A DNA stretch of 64,000 nt from an uncultured Planctomycetales bacterium. Lineage in GTDB: Bacteria; Omnitrophota; Gorgyraeia; Zapsychrales; Fredricksoniimonadaceae. Location: positions 1,146,786-1,210,785 of the forward strand of contig CAZNDZ010000001.1 of the NCBI GenBank assembly GCA_964572155.1, in the 5' to 3' direction. Below the pieces are notes generated by a model. The model ran no database searches. It had not been told where the DNA came from and was given only the letters and a program-made list of their open reading frames with translations. Both the position numbers and the translations under genes were made by a program. This document shows positions 9,425 to 18,967 of this stretch, piece after piece (position 1 is the stretch's first letter; each line of letters begins with the position of its first letter).

Positions 9425-9774
9425 TGGCAACTATTCGTATTGTGGATTTAAAAGTCAGAGGCATTATAGGTACGCATCCTTGGGAGCGTCTGAATCAACA
9501 GGAAGTCGTGGTCAATGTCATCCTTGATTATGATGCATCTAAAGCTGCAACATCAGATAATCTTAAAGATGCCTTGGATTATGAGCGCATTGGCAATCAG
9601 ATCATCAAGACGGTGGAAGGTACTAAGTACCATTTATTAGAAAAACTGGCAGCAAAGCTCTTAAAAGATATTTTAGCGGATAAGCGGGTGATTTGTGCTA
9701 CGGTTAAGATCGATAAGCCCCATGCCATGGCTCAAGCTAAACATATCGCCTATGAGCTTTCTGGTAAAAATTAA
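9424..9774 (+). CDS. folB: Dihydroneopterin aldolase
   Basis: 116 aa, N-terminal IRIVDLKVRGIIG and a E...K..L pattern typical of FolB. Pterin context with folE. Confidence 0.7.
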   Translation: MATIRIVDLKVRGIIGTHPWERLNQQEVVVNVILDYDASKAATSDNLKDALDYERIGNQIIKTVEGTKYHLLEKLAAKLLKDILADKRVICATVKIDKPHAMAQAKHIAYELSGKN

Positions 9775-9818
9775 GAATTTATCCTTGCAGCATACAAAAG
9801 AATTGTTAACATACGCTT

Positions 9819-10559
9819 ATGCAATTTAAAGATCAAGTAGCACTAATTACAGGTTCAACACGCGGCATTGGTCGCGCCATTGCTCAAGCCTTTGCGGATC
9901 AAGGTGCTTTGGTCATTATCATTGGCCGAGATGATGCTCAAGCCAAGGCTGTGGCCGCAGAAATCAAGGCTAAAGGCGGTTTAGCCGATGGTTTTGGCTG
10001 TGATGTCACCGACTTTAATAAAGCCCAAGAAACTATCAATAAAATTCTTGACATTCATAAGCGCATTGATATATTAGTCAACAACGCAGGGATTACGCGT
10101 GATAATTTGCTCTTAAGGATTAACGAAGCCGATTTTGATGATGTGATTCGCATCAACTTAAAAGGCGTTTTTAACGTGACCAAGGCGGTTGTAAAGCCTA
10201 TGGTTAAGGCACGTAAGGGTAAGATTATCAGTATCGCGTCGGTCATTGGAATCACAGGAAATGCAGGGCAAGCAAATTATGCCGCGAGCAAAGCTGGTAT
10301 TATAGGTTTTTCTAAATCCGTGGCAAAAGAGCTAGCATCCAGAGGGATCACCGCGAATGTGGTGGCCCCAGGTTATATTCAAACCGATATGACCGATCAA
10401 TTATCCGATGCTGTTAAAGCCCAAGTCCTCGAGCATATTCCTTTGAATTGTTTCGGTACAGCAGCAGATGTAGCCCAAGTTTGTATATTCTTAGCGTCAA
10501 GTGCTGCCGATTATGTAACCGGTCAGACAATTGTTGTAGACGGTGGATTAGCAATTTAA
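9819..10559 (+). CDS. fabG: 3-oxoacyl-ACP reductase
   Basis: ITGSTRGIG Rossmann motif, NNAGI, YAASKAG catalytic motif. Sits immediately upstream of acpP and fabF. Confidence 0.85.
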   Translation: MQFKDQVALITGSTRGIGRAIAQAFADQGALVIIIGRDDAQAKAVAAEIKAKGGLADGFGCDVTDFNKAQETINKILDIHKRIDILVNNAGITRDNLLLRINEADFDDVIRINLKGVFNVTKAVVKPMVKARKGKIISIASVIGITGNAGQANYAASKAGIIGFSKSVAKELASRGITANVVAPGYIQTDMTDQLSDAVKAQVLEHIPLNCFGTAADVAQVCIFLASSAADYVTGQTIVVDGGLAI

Positions 10560-10577
10560 TTAACCAGGAGGCATTCA

Positions 10578-10814
10578 ATGGCAGTAGAAGAGAAAATCAA
10601 AGCAATTATCGCAGAACAACTCGGTGTAAAGCCTGAGGAAGTAACACCTAAAGCATCTTTCGTAGATGATTTAGGGGCAGATTCCTTGGATACCGTCGAG
10701 CTAATCATGGCGTTAGAAGAAGAATTCAGCATCGAAATTCCTGACGAAGAAGCAGAAAAGATGAAGACAGTTGGGGATGCGATCAAGTATATTGAAGAAA
10801 AAGCCAACGCGTAA
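10578..10814 (+). CDS. acpP: Acyl carrier protein
   Basis: [20 protein letters not shown] phosphopantetheine-attachment motif, 78 aa, AGGAGG Shine-Dalgarno. Confidence 0.95.
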   Translation: MAVEEKIKAIIAEQLGVKPEEVTPKASFVDDLGADSLDTVELIMALEEEFSIEIPDEEAEKMKTVGDAIKYIEEKANA

Positions 10815-10836
10815 TCATTGACGTTTTAGTTATATC

Positions 10837-10877
10837 TTGCCCCCGCTGTTTCTAAAAAAGAAACATCGCGGGGGCAA
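10837..10877 (+). terminator. GC-rich hairpin between acpP and fabF (TTGCCCCCGC ... GCGGGGGCAA) without a good U-tract. Probably a partial terminator or an mRNA processing site.
   Basis: Inverted repeat read directly from the sequence. A weak T-run follows. Confidence 0.3.
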
Positions 10878-10895
10878 AACTTTAATAGGGGTTCT

Positions 10896-12149
10896 TTGCT
10901 TATGGCAACACGACGCGTAGTTATCACAGGGATGGGGGTTGTATCTCCTGTCGGTATTGGGGTAGAGAATTTTTGGAAGGCCTTGTTAGCCGGCCAAAGT
11001 GGCATTCGTGCCGTCACGCATTTTGATGCCAAGGATTTTGATTCGCGGATCAATGGCGATATTCTTAATTATGACCCGTTACAATATTTTAATTCTAAAG
11101 ATGCGCGTAATTTATCACACTTTATCCAATTTGCTGTCGTCGCTGCTAATGAAGCCATTGCTCACGCGAAGTTAGATGTGCAAGCGGCAGATCCTTCTAA
11201 AGTTGGTGTTGTCATTGGTTCTGGTATTGGTAGCATTGTCTCCGCAGAAGAAGAATATGATAAGTTGATCACCAAGGGCCCAAGCCGCATATCACCATTT
11301 TTCATCACCCGTATGATTATTAATGAAGCCGCAGGTCAAGTGTCGATCAATTCAGGGGCAACAGGTCCTTGTTTTGCGATTGCAACCGCCTGTGCGACGG
11401 CCAATAATTGTATCGGGGAGGCCATGCGCATGATCCAGCATGGTGAAATCGATGTGGCGATCGCCGGTGGTACCGAAAGTGCAACATCAAAATTAGGTTT
11501 AGGTGGTTTTTGTTCACTCAAAGCTTTATCAAAGCAACATAATGATAACCCTACAAAAGCAAGCCGTCCGTTTGATTTAAACCGCGATGGTTTTGTCATG
11601 GGCGAAGGTGCAGGGGTTATGATTTTAGAAAGTTTAGAGAAAGCCCAAGCTCGCGGGGCAAATATTTTAGCGGAATTGGTTGGTTATGGCCGTACCGCAG
11701 ATGCATATCACATCACCGCACCTCATTCAGAAGGTTTAGGAGCGATTCGTGCGATGGAGTTAGCCATCAAAGATGCGGGTTTAAAACCCACAGACGTGAA
11801 TTACATCAATGCGCATGGTACGTCGACAAAGTTGAATGATCAAATTGAAACATTGGCGATTAAAAAAGTTTTTGGCGATCATGCCAAGAAGGTTCCTATT
11901 TCATCGACCAAATCGATGACAGGGCATTTATTAGGTGCGGCAGGTGCGGTTGAATTAGCAGCCTGTGTTATGTCCATTCGTGATAATCGTGTGCACCCAA
12001 CCATTAATTATGAAACCCCTGATCCTTTATGTGATTTGGATTATGTCCCTAACGCTGCGCGCAATGTCGCGGTGGATGTGGCTTTATCAAACTCCTTAGG
12101 ATTTGGCGGTCACAATGCCACCTTGGTGGTTAAACGTTATCGAGGATAA
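10896..12149 (+). CDS. fabF: 3-oxoacyl-ACP synthase II
   Basis: VVITGMGVVSP N-terminus, active-site region GPCFAIATACAT, His-His (NAHGTST) and GHLLGAAG motifs. Confidence 0.9.
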   Translation: MLMATRRVVITGMGVVSPVGIGVENFWKALLAGQSGIRAVTHFDAKDFDSRINGDILNYDPLQYFNSKDARNLSHFIQFAVVAANEAIAHAKLDVQAADPSKVGVVIGSGIGSIVSAEEEYDKLITKGPSRISPFFITRMIINEAAGQVSINSGATGPCFAIATACATANNCIGEAMRMIQHGEIDVAIAGGTESATSKLGLGGFCSLKALSKQHNDNPTKASRPFDLNRDGFVMGEGAGVMILESLEKAQARGANILAELVGYGRTADAYHITAPHSEGLGAIRAMELAIKDAGLKPTDVNYINAHGTSTKLNDQIETLAIKKVFGDHAKKVPISSTKSMTGHLLGAAGAVELAACVMSIRDNRVHPTINYETPDPLCDLDYVPNAARNVAVDVALSNSLGFGGHNATLVVKRYRG

Positions 12150-12151
12150 AT

Positions 12152-13207
12152 ATGAAGTCTTATAAGATTGCGATCATCGCGGGCGACGGTACAGGCCCTG
12201 AAGTTGTACGTGAAGGTTTGAAGGTTTTAGATGCGGCAGGTTCCAAGTTTGGTTTTAAAATCGAACAAACCCCATTTGATTTTGGCGGCGAACGTTATTT
12301 GAAAACCGGCAAGACCTTAGATGATGCTGATATTGCTAATTTAAAGAAGTATCAAGCGATTTTCTTAGGCGCTATTGGTCATCCTGATGTTAAGCCCGGA
12401 ATTTTAGAAACAGGCATTTTATTAAAGTTGCGCTTTGCCTTGGATCAATACATCAATTTGCGTCCTGTAAAATTATATGATGCGCGCTATTGTCCACTCA
12501 AAGATAAAACGCCGGCAGATATTGATTTTGTCGTCGTGCGCGAGAATTCCGAAGGTCTTTATAAAGGCATGGGTGAGTTCCAAAATAAAGATACCAAGGA
12601 TGAAGTCGCCATTCAAATTTCTTATAATACCCGCAAAGGTGTAGAACGTTGTTTGCGTTATGCGTTTGAATATACCCGCAAACGCAACAAGGGGATGAAA
12701 TTAACCTTGTGCGGTAAGACTAATGTTTTGACGTATGCATGGGATTTGTGGCAACGCACGTTTAATGAAATTTCAAAAGAGTATCCCGACGTAAAAACAG
12801 ATTATAATAACGTCGATGCGACCACCATGTGGTTTGTTAAAAATCCTGAATGGTTTGATGTGATTGTGACGGATAATATGTTTGGGGACATCATCACCGA
12901 TTTAGGTGCAATGATCCAAGGTGGTATGGGTATTGCCGCCGGTGGTAACATTAATCCTAATGGCGTCTCAATGTTTGAGCCTATTGGAGGTAGCGCACCA
13001 AAATATACAGGTAAGAATGTCATCAACCCATTGGCTGCCATTTGTGCCGCGGGCATGATGATGGAACATTTAGGTGAAGAAAAAGCAGCTCGAGCAATAG
13101 AAACAGCCGTAATCAATTTTGTAACAACAAAAGTGAAATCACTCAATGCCGGTCAAATGGGGTACTCCACAACAGAAATCGGCGACATGATAGCAAAGGC
13201 AATATAA
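12152..13207 (+). CDS. 3-isopropylmalate / isocitrate dehydrogenase family enzyme. It is LeuB-like, but the exact substrate is uncertain.
   Basis: IAIIAGDGTGPEV N-terminus and DNMFGDIITD...GGSAPK motifs of beta-decarboxylating dehydrogenases. Confidence 0.55.
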   Translation: MKSYKIAIIAGDGTGPEVVREGLKVLDAAGSKFGFKIEQTPFDFGGERYLKTGKTLDDADIANLKKYQAIFLGAIGHPDVKPGILETGILLKLRFALDQYINLRPVKLYDARYCPLKDKTPADIDFVVVRENSEGLYKGMGEFQNKDTKDEVAIQISYNTRKGVERCLRYAFEYTRKRNKGMKLTLCGKTNVLTYAWDLWQRTFNEISKEYPDVKTDYNNVDATTMWFVKNPEWFDVIVTDNMFGDIITDLGAMIQGGMGIAAGGNINPNGVSMFEPIGGSAPKYTGKNVINPLAAICAAGMMMEHLGEEKAARAIETAVINFVTTKVKSLNAGQMGYSTTEIGDMIAKAI

Positions 13208-13208
13208 G

Positions 13209-14186
13209 ATGAAAAAATACAATGTGGCAATTTTAGGGATACGTGGTGCGGTTGGGCAATGCATGTATCAAATTGTTAAGGCACGCAAATTTCCTGTAAA
13301 TAAATTGGTATTGATCTCACCCAGCGGTGCTGACGGTGAAATGGATGGCATTAAGTTTGTGCCATTAACCAAGGATGTCTTTAATGGCATCGACATTGTA
13401 TTGTCTTCTCCAGGAGCAGAAATTTCTAAAGTTTGGGCGCCAATCGCAGCCAAGGCGGGTGCTGTTGTGATTGATAACACCTCACAATTTCGTATGGATC
13501 CAGATGTGCCGCTGGTTGTTCCAGAAGTTAATCCTGAAGACATTAAAAATCAACGCGGCATCATCGCGAATCCTAATTGCTCGACGATACAAATGCTTGT
13601 TGCCTTAAAGCCATTGCATGATTATGGCAAGATCAAACGCATCGTTGTCTCAACCTACCAAGCTGTATCAGGGGCAGGGGCTGAGGCTGTGGATGAATTG
13701 CGCGCGCAAAATAGCGGCAATAAAGATGTGAAGAAATTCCAATATCAGATCGCACACAATTTAATCCCTCAAATTGACGTTTTTACGGACAATCATTACA
13801 CCAAAGAAGAAATGAAGATGGTGAATGAAACCAAGAAGATTTTGCATGACGACAACATTCAAGTCAGCGCCACATGCGTGCGCGTGCCGGTGTTTAATAG
13901 TCATAGTGAATCGATCAATATTGAAACAGCTAAGAAAATTTCCCGTGCGAAAGCTATTGAATTATTAACCAAGGCGCCCGGAGTAAAAATAGTTGATGAT
14001 ATCAAGTCATCGACATACCCATTGCCTATCAATGCCGACGGCAAAGACGACACCTTTGTTGGCCGCATCCGCGAAGATATTTCCATTCCAAATGGACTTA
14101 ATCTTTGGGTTGTTGCTGATAATTTACGCAAAGGTGCCGCTTTAAACGCTGTCCAAATCGCTGAAAAGTTAATTGGCAAAAAGTAA
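13209..14186 (+). CDS. asd: Aspartate-semialdehyde dehydrogenase
   Basis: VAILGIRGAVGQ N-terminus and active-site region NPNCSTIQ, 325 aa. Confidence 0.85.
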   Translation: MKKYNVAILGIRGAVGQCMYQIVKARKFPVNKLVLISPSGADGEMDGIKFVPLTKDVFNGIDIVLSSPGAEISKVWAPIAAKAGAVVIDNTSQFRMDPDVPLVVPEVNPEDIKNQRGIIANPNCSTIQMLVALKPLHDYGKIKRIVVSTYQAVSGAGAEAVDELRAQNSGNKDVKKFQYQIAHNLIPQIDVFTDNHYTKEEMKMVNETKKILHDDNIQVSATCVRVPVFNSHSESINIETAKKISRAKAIELLTKAPGVKIVDDIKSSTYPLPINADGKDDTFVGRIREDISIPNGLNLWVVADNLRKGAALNAVQIAEKLIGKK

Positions 14187-14922
14187 TTTTAAGCTCACCA
14201 TAGAATATGACGGTACTGATTTTGCTGGATGGCAAATTCAGAAGAATGGTGAACGCACGGTCCAAGCTGAAATTAAAAAAGCTTGTGACAGTATTTTTAA
14301 GGCAGATGTCACCGTCATTGCTTCAGGCAGAACAGATAGTGGTGTGCACGCTGAAGGTCAGGTTGTTCATTTTCATGTGCAAACACGCATGAAGCCGGCT
14401 GAGATTCAAAAAGCATTAAATAGCTGTTTGCCCAAAGACATTGCGGTCCTCGACGTAAAAAATGTTCCCGACAGCTTTCACGCGCAATATGATGCTAAAG
14501 AGAAAACATATCGTTACATTGTCTTAAACAGCAAGCAACGCAGTGCCTTTTTACGTAATCACGTGTATCATTTTACGTATCCTTTAAACTTAGCCCAGAT
14601 GCGTAAAGCCGCCAAAGTGCTGGTGGGGCGACATGATTTTAAGTCTTTTCAAGCCCATGATCCATTAAGGGCAGATAAAGATACAATTAGGACTATTAAG
14701 AAGTTGCTGATTAAAAAAGATGGTGATTTTGTAACAATAGACATTACCGCAAATGGTTTTCTCTATAAGATGGTGCGCAATATTGTTGGCACTTTATTGG
14801 CTGTTGGAACAGCGCAAATTCCGGTTGAGAAAATGGCGTTAATACTAAAAGGAAAGGATCGTTCTGCGGCAGCGGCCACAGCCCCAAGTCATGGCTTGTG
14901 TCTAATGCGTGTAAAATATTAA
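14173..14922 (+). CDS. truA: tRNA pseudouridine(38-40) synthase. Probable TTG start, with a 14-nt overlap of asd.
   Basis: IEYDGTDFAGWQ and RTDSGVHAEGQVVHF (catalytic Asp) motifs. Confidence 0.8.
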   Translation: MAKSNFKLTIEYDGTDFAGWQIQKNGERTVQAEIKKACDSIFKADVTVIASGRTDSGVHAEGQVVHFHVQTRMKPAEIQKALNSCLPKDIAVLDVKNVPDSFHAQYDAKEKTYRYIVLNSKQRSAFLRNHVYHFTYPLNLAQMRKAAKVLVGRHDFKSFQAHDPLRADKDTIRTIKKLLIKKDGDFVTIDITANGFLYKMVRNIVGTLLAVGTAQIPVEKMALILKGKDRSAAAATAPSHGLCLMRVKY

Positions 14923-14928
14923 AAATTA

Positions 14929-14956
14929 TTGACAATTACTCTAAAACGAGTATACT
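14929..14956 (+). promoter_or_regulatory. sigma70-like promoter for rplM-rpsI: TTGACA (14929-14934), 16-bp spacer, TATACT (14951-14956).
   Basis: Consensus -35 and near-consensus -10 read directly from the sequence. Confidence 0.45.
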
Positions 14957-14991
14957 TTAGAATCTTCAAATAAAACACTAGGATTATGTAT

Positions 14992-15423
14992 ATGAAAACT
15001 TATTTGCCCAAAGTTGCTGAACTTAAAACAGAATGTTATTTGATCGACGCTACAGACAAGGTCTTAGGCCGTGTTGCAGCGAAAGCCGCGCATATTTTAC
15101 GTGGTAAACACAAACGCATTTACACACCATTTCTAGATACGGGCGACACCGTTGTTATCATCAACGCTGAAAAAGTCCGTGTCACAGGTAAGAAATTGAC
15201 AGATAAAATCCACAGCCGTTTTACCGGTTACCCAGGTGGTAAACGTGAAGTGGCATTAGGGGATATGTTACGTAAGAGCCCAGCAAAAGTTATGGAATTA
15301 GCCGTCACCCGTATGTTACCAAGTGGCGCATTAGCTTATAAGCAAGGCAGTAAATTACGCGTGTATGCCGGTGAATCTCATCCTCATGCCGCTCAAAAAC
15401 CAACAGTTTTAGAAATTAAATAA
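14992..15423 (+). CDS. rplM: 50S ribosomal protein L13. Start chosen at MKTYLP, because AGGA at 14980-14983 lies 8 nt upstream. The ATG at 14986 is only 2 nt from that SD.
   Basis: MKTYLPKVAELKTECYLIDA matches the L13 N-terminus MKTF.AKP..V.R.WYV.DA. Confidence 0.9.
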   Translation: MKTYLPKVAELKTECYLIDATDKVLGRVAAKAAHILRGKHKRIYTPFLDTGDTVVIINAEKVRVTGKKLTDKIHSRFTGYPGGKREVALGDMLRKSPAKVMELAVTRMLPSGALAYKQGSKLRVYAGESHPHAAQKPTVLEIK

Positions 15424-15441
15424 CTAAATTAGGAGTCTTAG

Positions 15442-15837
15442 ATGGTTGAAGTAGTCAAATATGCAGGTACAGGTCGTCGTAAATCTTCCGTGGCGCGTGT
15501 TGTATTAAGCCCAGGGGAAGGTAAAATTTCTGTTAATAAACGTGAATTCGCGGATTATTTTCCACGCGAAACCGACCGACTATTAATCATGGTTCCTTTG
15601 AAATTAACTAATTTAGAAAATAAATTTGATATAGCCGTTCGTGTGACCGGTGGTGGTTCAACGGGTCAAGCCGGTGCTTTTAAAATGGGTTTATCCCGCG
15701 CCATCTTGGCATGCGATCCTAACACCAAGCCAGTGTTAAAGAAAGCTAGCTGCTTAACTAGAGATGACAGAATGAAAGAAAGAAAGAAACCTGGTCAGAA
15801 GGGGGCGCGTCGTAAGTTCCAATGGGTTAAGCGTTAA
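15442..15837 (+). CDS. rpsI: 30S ribosomal protein S9
   Basis: GTGRRKSSVARV N-terminus and basic C-terminus (RRKFQWVKR). AGGAG SD. Conserved rplM-rpsI gene order. Confidence 0.95.
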   Translation: MVEVVKYAGTGRRKSSVARVVLSPGEGKISVNKREFADYFPRETDRLLIMVPLKLTNLENKFDIAVRVTGGGSTGQAGAFKMGLSRAILACDPNTKPVLKKASCLTRDDRMKERKKPGQKGARRKFQWVKR

Positions 15838-15862
15838 ACCTAAAAAATATAGAATAATAAAT

Positions 15863-15910
15863 AAGCCTATCTCCCTTCACAAATGCGTTGACGAGATAGG
15901 CTTTTTTATT
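15863..15910 (+). terminator. Rho-independent terminator after rpsI: stem AAGCCTATCTC / GAGATAGGCTT followed by TTTTTTATTT.
   Basis: 11-bp perfect inverted repeat plus a T-tract, read directly. Confidence 0.6.
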
Positions 15911-15945
15911 TATTATAAATCTTTCATTTACGTCGGGAAAAACAT

Positions 15946-16974
15946 ATGCAAAATCAAAAAATTCGAGTTGGTATCGTCGGAGTTAGTGGGTATACAGGTA
16001 AGGAAGTTTTATCGATCCTTTTATCGCATCCCCATGTCCGTATTACGTATGTGGCGGCCCATAGCACGGTTGGCGCTATCAGTGACATCTACCCAGAATT
16101 CCTCAATCGCACGACATTGGTTTGTGAAAAGTTTGCGTTAGATAAAGCGGTTAAGAAGTGTGATGTGGTTTTTTTAGCGTTGCCGCATACAGAGTCCATG
16201 TTGGTGGCAGGCAAGTTGTTGGCAAAGGGCGTCAAGGTCATTGACTTAAGTGCCGATTATCGACTCAAAGATCCAATTGTTTATGCCACGTGGTATGGCC
16301 ATAAACATCGTGATGTTAAAAATATTTCAAAAGCCATTTATGGTTTGCCAGAGCTTTATCGTACCAAAATCAAGAAATCTAATTTCATTGCAAATCCAGG
16401 TTGTTATCCAACAGCGGCGATCCTTGGTTTAGCGCCGTTGGTTGCGACACGTAAAGATATTTTGTCCATTATCATTGACGCTAAATCAGGTGTGTCGGGT
16501 GCTGGCCGCAAAGCGTCAGTAGGTTTATTGCACGCTGAGGTTGGAGAAAATTTTAAAGCATATAAAGTTTTAAGTCATCAACATAATCCCGAGATTGAAC
16601 AAACATTGTCTGCATTATCTGGCAAGGCAGTTCAAACGCATTTCGTGGCGCACTTATTGCCCATTCACCGAGGGATTCTAGACACTATCTATGTTCAGGT
16701 AAAGAACACAACGGACATTAATAAAGTTTATGATTTATATAAAAAGTTTTATAAAGCCGAACCATTTGTGCGATTGCACCCGCTAGGCAACCAGCCCGAA
16801 GTTAAAAATGTCGCGCATACTAATTTCTGCGACATAGGGATTGCCGTATCAGCAGATAAAAAGATGATCGTAATCACCTCGGCCATTGATAATTTAGTTA
16901 AAGGGGCGGCGGGACAAGCGGTTCAAAATATGAATATCATGTCAGATTTTAATGAGATTGAGGGGTTGATATGA
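15946..16974 (+). CDS. argC: N-acetyl-gamma-glutamyl-phosphate reductase
   Basis: IRVGIVGVSGYTG N-terminus and active-site PGCYPTA, 342 aa. Confidence 0.9.
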   Translation: MQNQKIRVGIVGVSGYTGKEVLSILLSHPHVRITYVAAHSTVGAISDIYPEFLNRTTLVCEKFALDKAVKKCDVVFLALPHTESMLVAGKLLAKGVKVIDLSADYRLKDPIVYATWYGHKHRDVKNISKAIYGLPELYRTKIKKSNFIANPGCYPTAAILGLAPLVATRKDILSIIIDAKSGVSGAGRKASVGLLHAEVGENFKAYKVLSHQHNPEIEQTLSALSGKAVQTHFVAHLLPIHRGILDTIYVQVKNTTDINKVYDLYKKFYKAEPFVRLHPLGNQPEVKNVAHTNFCDIGIAVSADKKMIVITSAIDNLVKGAAGQAVQNMNIMSDFNEIEGLI

Positions 16975-18113
16975 AAATTGTCAACGGCGGTGTTTGCGCT
17001 CCAAAAGGTTTTCAAGCCAATGGTATGTCTGCGGGGATCAAGCGTTCTGGCAAGCCTGATCTAGGGCTTATCATTAGCGAAGTGCCAGCGGTAACCGCAG
17101 GTGTGTTTACCATTAATTCGATCAAAGCTGCGCCACTTCTGGTAAGCATGAAACATATTAAGTCAGGTATTTCTCGTGCTGTTTTGGTTAATTCCGGCAA
17201 TGCCAATTGTTATACAGGTGCTTTTGGTTTGAAGTATGCAGAAGAGTCAACAGTGTTGATTGGAAATCTGCTGGGTGTAAAACCACAAGATGTCTTAGTG
17301 ACATCGACGGGCATCATTGGTAAACAATTGCCATACAATAAAATTGTTGAGTCAGCAGCGAACTTGGTTAAGGGTTTGGTTAGCAATGGTGGCAAGAAAT
17401 TTGCCACGGCCATCATGACCACCGACTTAAAGCTTAAAGAAATCGCTGTTCAAATCACCTTAGGTGGTAAGACGGTAACTATCGGCGGTTGTGCTAAGGG
17501 TTCAGGCATGATTGAGCCCAATATGGCCACCATGTTAGGTTTTATCACGACGGACGTTGCCATTAGTTTGTCGTTATTAAAAGCAGCATTACAAGATGCG
17601 AATACCAAATCATTTAATAGCATCACGGTCGACGGTTGCATGAGTACCAATGACATGGTAACGATTCAAGCCAATGGTTTGGCTAATAATAAAAAAATCA
17701 CGACCAAGGGTACTGATTATCAAAAGTTTGTCGATGCTTTGATTGTTGTATCGCGTGATTTGGCTAAGAAGATTGTTTTAGACGGAGAAGGAGCGACTAA
17801 GTTTATTACGATCAATGTTGTGGGTAGCGCAAATGAGCCTCAGGCACAAAAGATTGCGAAAGCCATCGCCAACTCTGCGCTGGTTAAGACCGCGGCTTTT
17901 GGTAGCAATCCTAATTGGGGGCGTGTTGGTGCGGCGGTAGGCAGCCTTGGGATCAAGGGGATTAATGAAGAAACCATGAAGATTTCTTTTAGCCCATTTG
18001 ATAAGAAAGATATTGCGATCAATGTGGAATTACGTTTAGGTAAAGCCAAAGCCACCGTCTATACCTGCGATTTTTCCTACGACTACGTTAAAATCAATGG
18101 GGAGTATAATTAG
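16971..18113 (+). CDS. argJ: Bifunctional ornithine acetyltransferase / N-acetylglutamate synthase
   Basis: Autoproteolytic cleavage motif ATMLGFITTD, 380 aa, ATGA overlap with argC. Confidence 0.9.
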   Translation: MKIVNGGVCAPKGFQANGMSAGIKRSGKPDLGLIISEVPAVTAGVFTINSIKAAPLLVSMKHIKSGISRAVLVNSGNANCYTGAFGLKYAEESTVLIGNLLGVKPQDVLVTSTGIIGKQLPYNKIVESAANLVKGLVSNGGKKFATAIMTTDLKLKEIAVQITLGGKTVTIGGCAKGSGMIEPNMATMLGFITTDVAISLSLLKAALQDANTKSFNSITVDGCMSTNDMVTIQANGLANNKKITTKGTDYQKFVDALIVVSRDLAKKIVLDGEGATKFITINVVGSANEPQAQKIAKAIANSALVKTAAFGSNPNWGRVGAAVGSLGIKGINEETMKISFSPFDKKDIAINVELRLGKAKATVYTCDFSYDYVKINGEYN

Positions 18114-18967
18114 TGGAAACATTTGTTAAAAAAGCTTCTGTCTTAATTGAAGCGATTCCATATATCCATGAATTTCGTCGTAAAATTTTCGTCATTAAAT
18201 ATGGCGGCAGTATTTTAGACGATGACAAAATCCGTCATCAAGTTTTACAAGACATTGTGTTTTTAAGCTATGTCGGCATTCGTGTCATCATCGTTCATGG
18301 CGGCGGGCCACACATTAGTGCGCGCATGAAGGAACAGGGATTAAAGTCGGAGTTTGTTGATGGCATCCGCGTGACGGACAAAGCAACGCTTAAAATTGTT
18401 GGTGAAGAATTAGAAAAGCTCAATGAGCGTATTGTAACAGAGATCAAGAAATACAAGGGTGATGTGACGGGCTTAAAGGGACAAGAAAATATTATTTTTG
18501 TTAAAAAGAAAAAAGCCGTCAAAGATTTAGGTTACGTGGGAACAATCACGTCGGTTAATATGAAAGATTTAACAGAGCATTTAGAAAAAGGACACATCAC
18601 CGTTGTCTCACCCATGGGCGTCACGCTTGAAAAAGAATCACATAATGTGAATGCTGATGAAGTGGCCTCGGCGATTGCCAATTCCATGAAGGCAGAAAAA
18701 TTGGTTTTATTGACGGATGTGCCTGGGGTCATGCGCGACTTAAAAGATCCCGATACTTTGTTTTCTACGCTCACACTTAAAGAAGTCGATGAATTAATCA
18801 AAAGTGGAGTTATTGCCGGTGGCATGATTCCAAAAGTAAGTAGTTGCGTTGAGGCGTTAAAAGGTGGTGGCGTTCATAAGACTCACATTGTTGATGCGCG
18901 TTTGCCACATGCTTTATTACTGGAATTTTTTACGGATCAGGGTGTTGGGACACAGATCATCAAATGA
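18113..18967 (+). CDS. argB: Acetylglutamate kinase (GTG start)
   Basis: VIKYGGS and VHGGGP amino-acid-kinase motifs, 284 aa. Confidence 0.9.
   Translation: METFVKKASVLIEAIPYIHEFRRKIFVIKYGGSILDDDKIRHQVLQDIVFLSYVGIRVIIVHGGGPHISARMKEQGLKSEFVDGIRVTDKATLKIVGEELEKLNERIVTEIKKYKGDVTGLKGQENIIFVKKKKAVKDLGYVGTITSVNMKDLTEHLEKGHITVVSPMGVTLEKESHNVNADEVASAIANSMKAEKLVLLTDVPGVMRDLKDPDTLFSTLTLKEVDELIKSGVIAGGMIPKVSSCVEALKGGGVHKTHIVDARLPHALLLEFFTDQGVGTQIIK

Noticed and set aside
14986-14991. Upstream ATG (MYMKTY...) as the rplM start
   Set aside because: The SD (AGGA 14980-14983) is only 2 nt from it. The ATG at 14992 has ideal spacing and matches the conserved L13 N-terminus.
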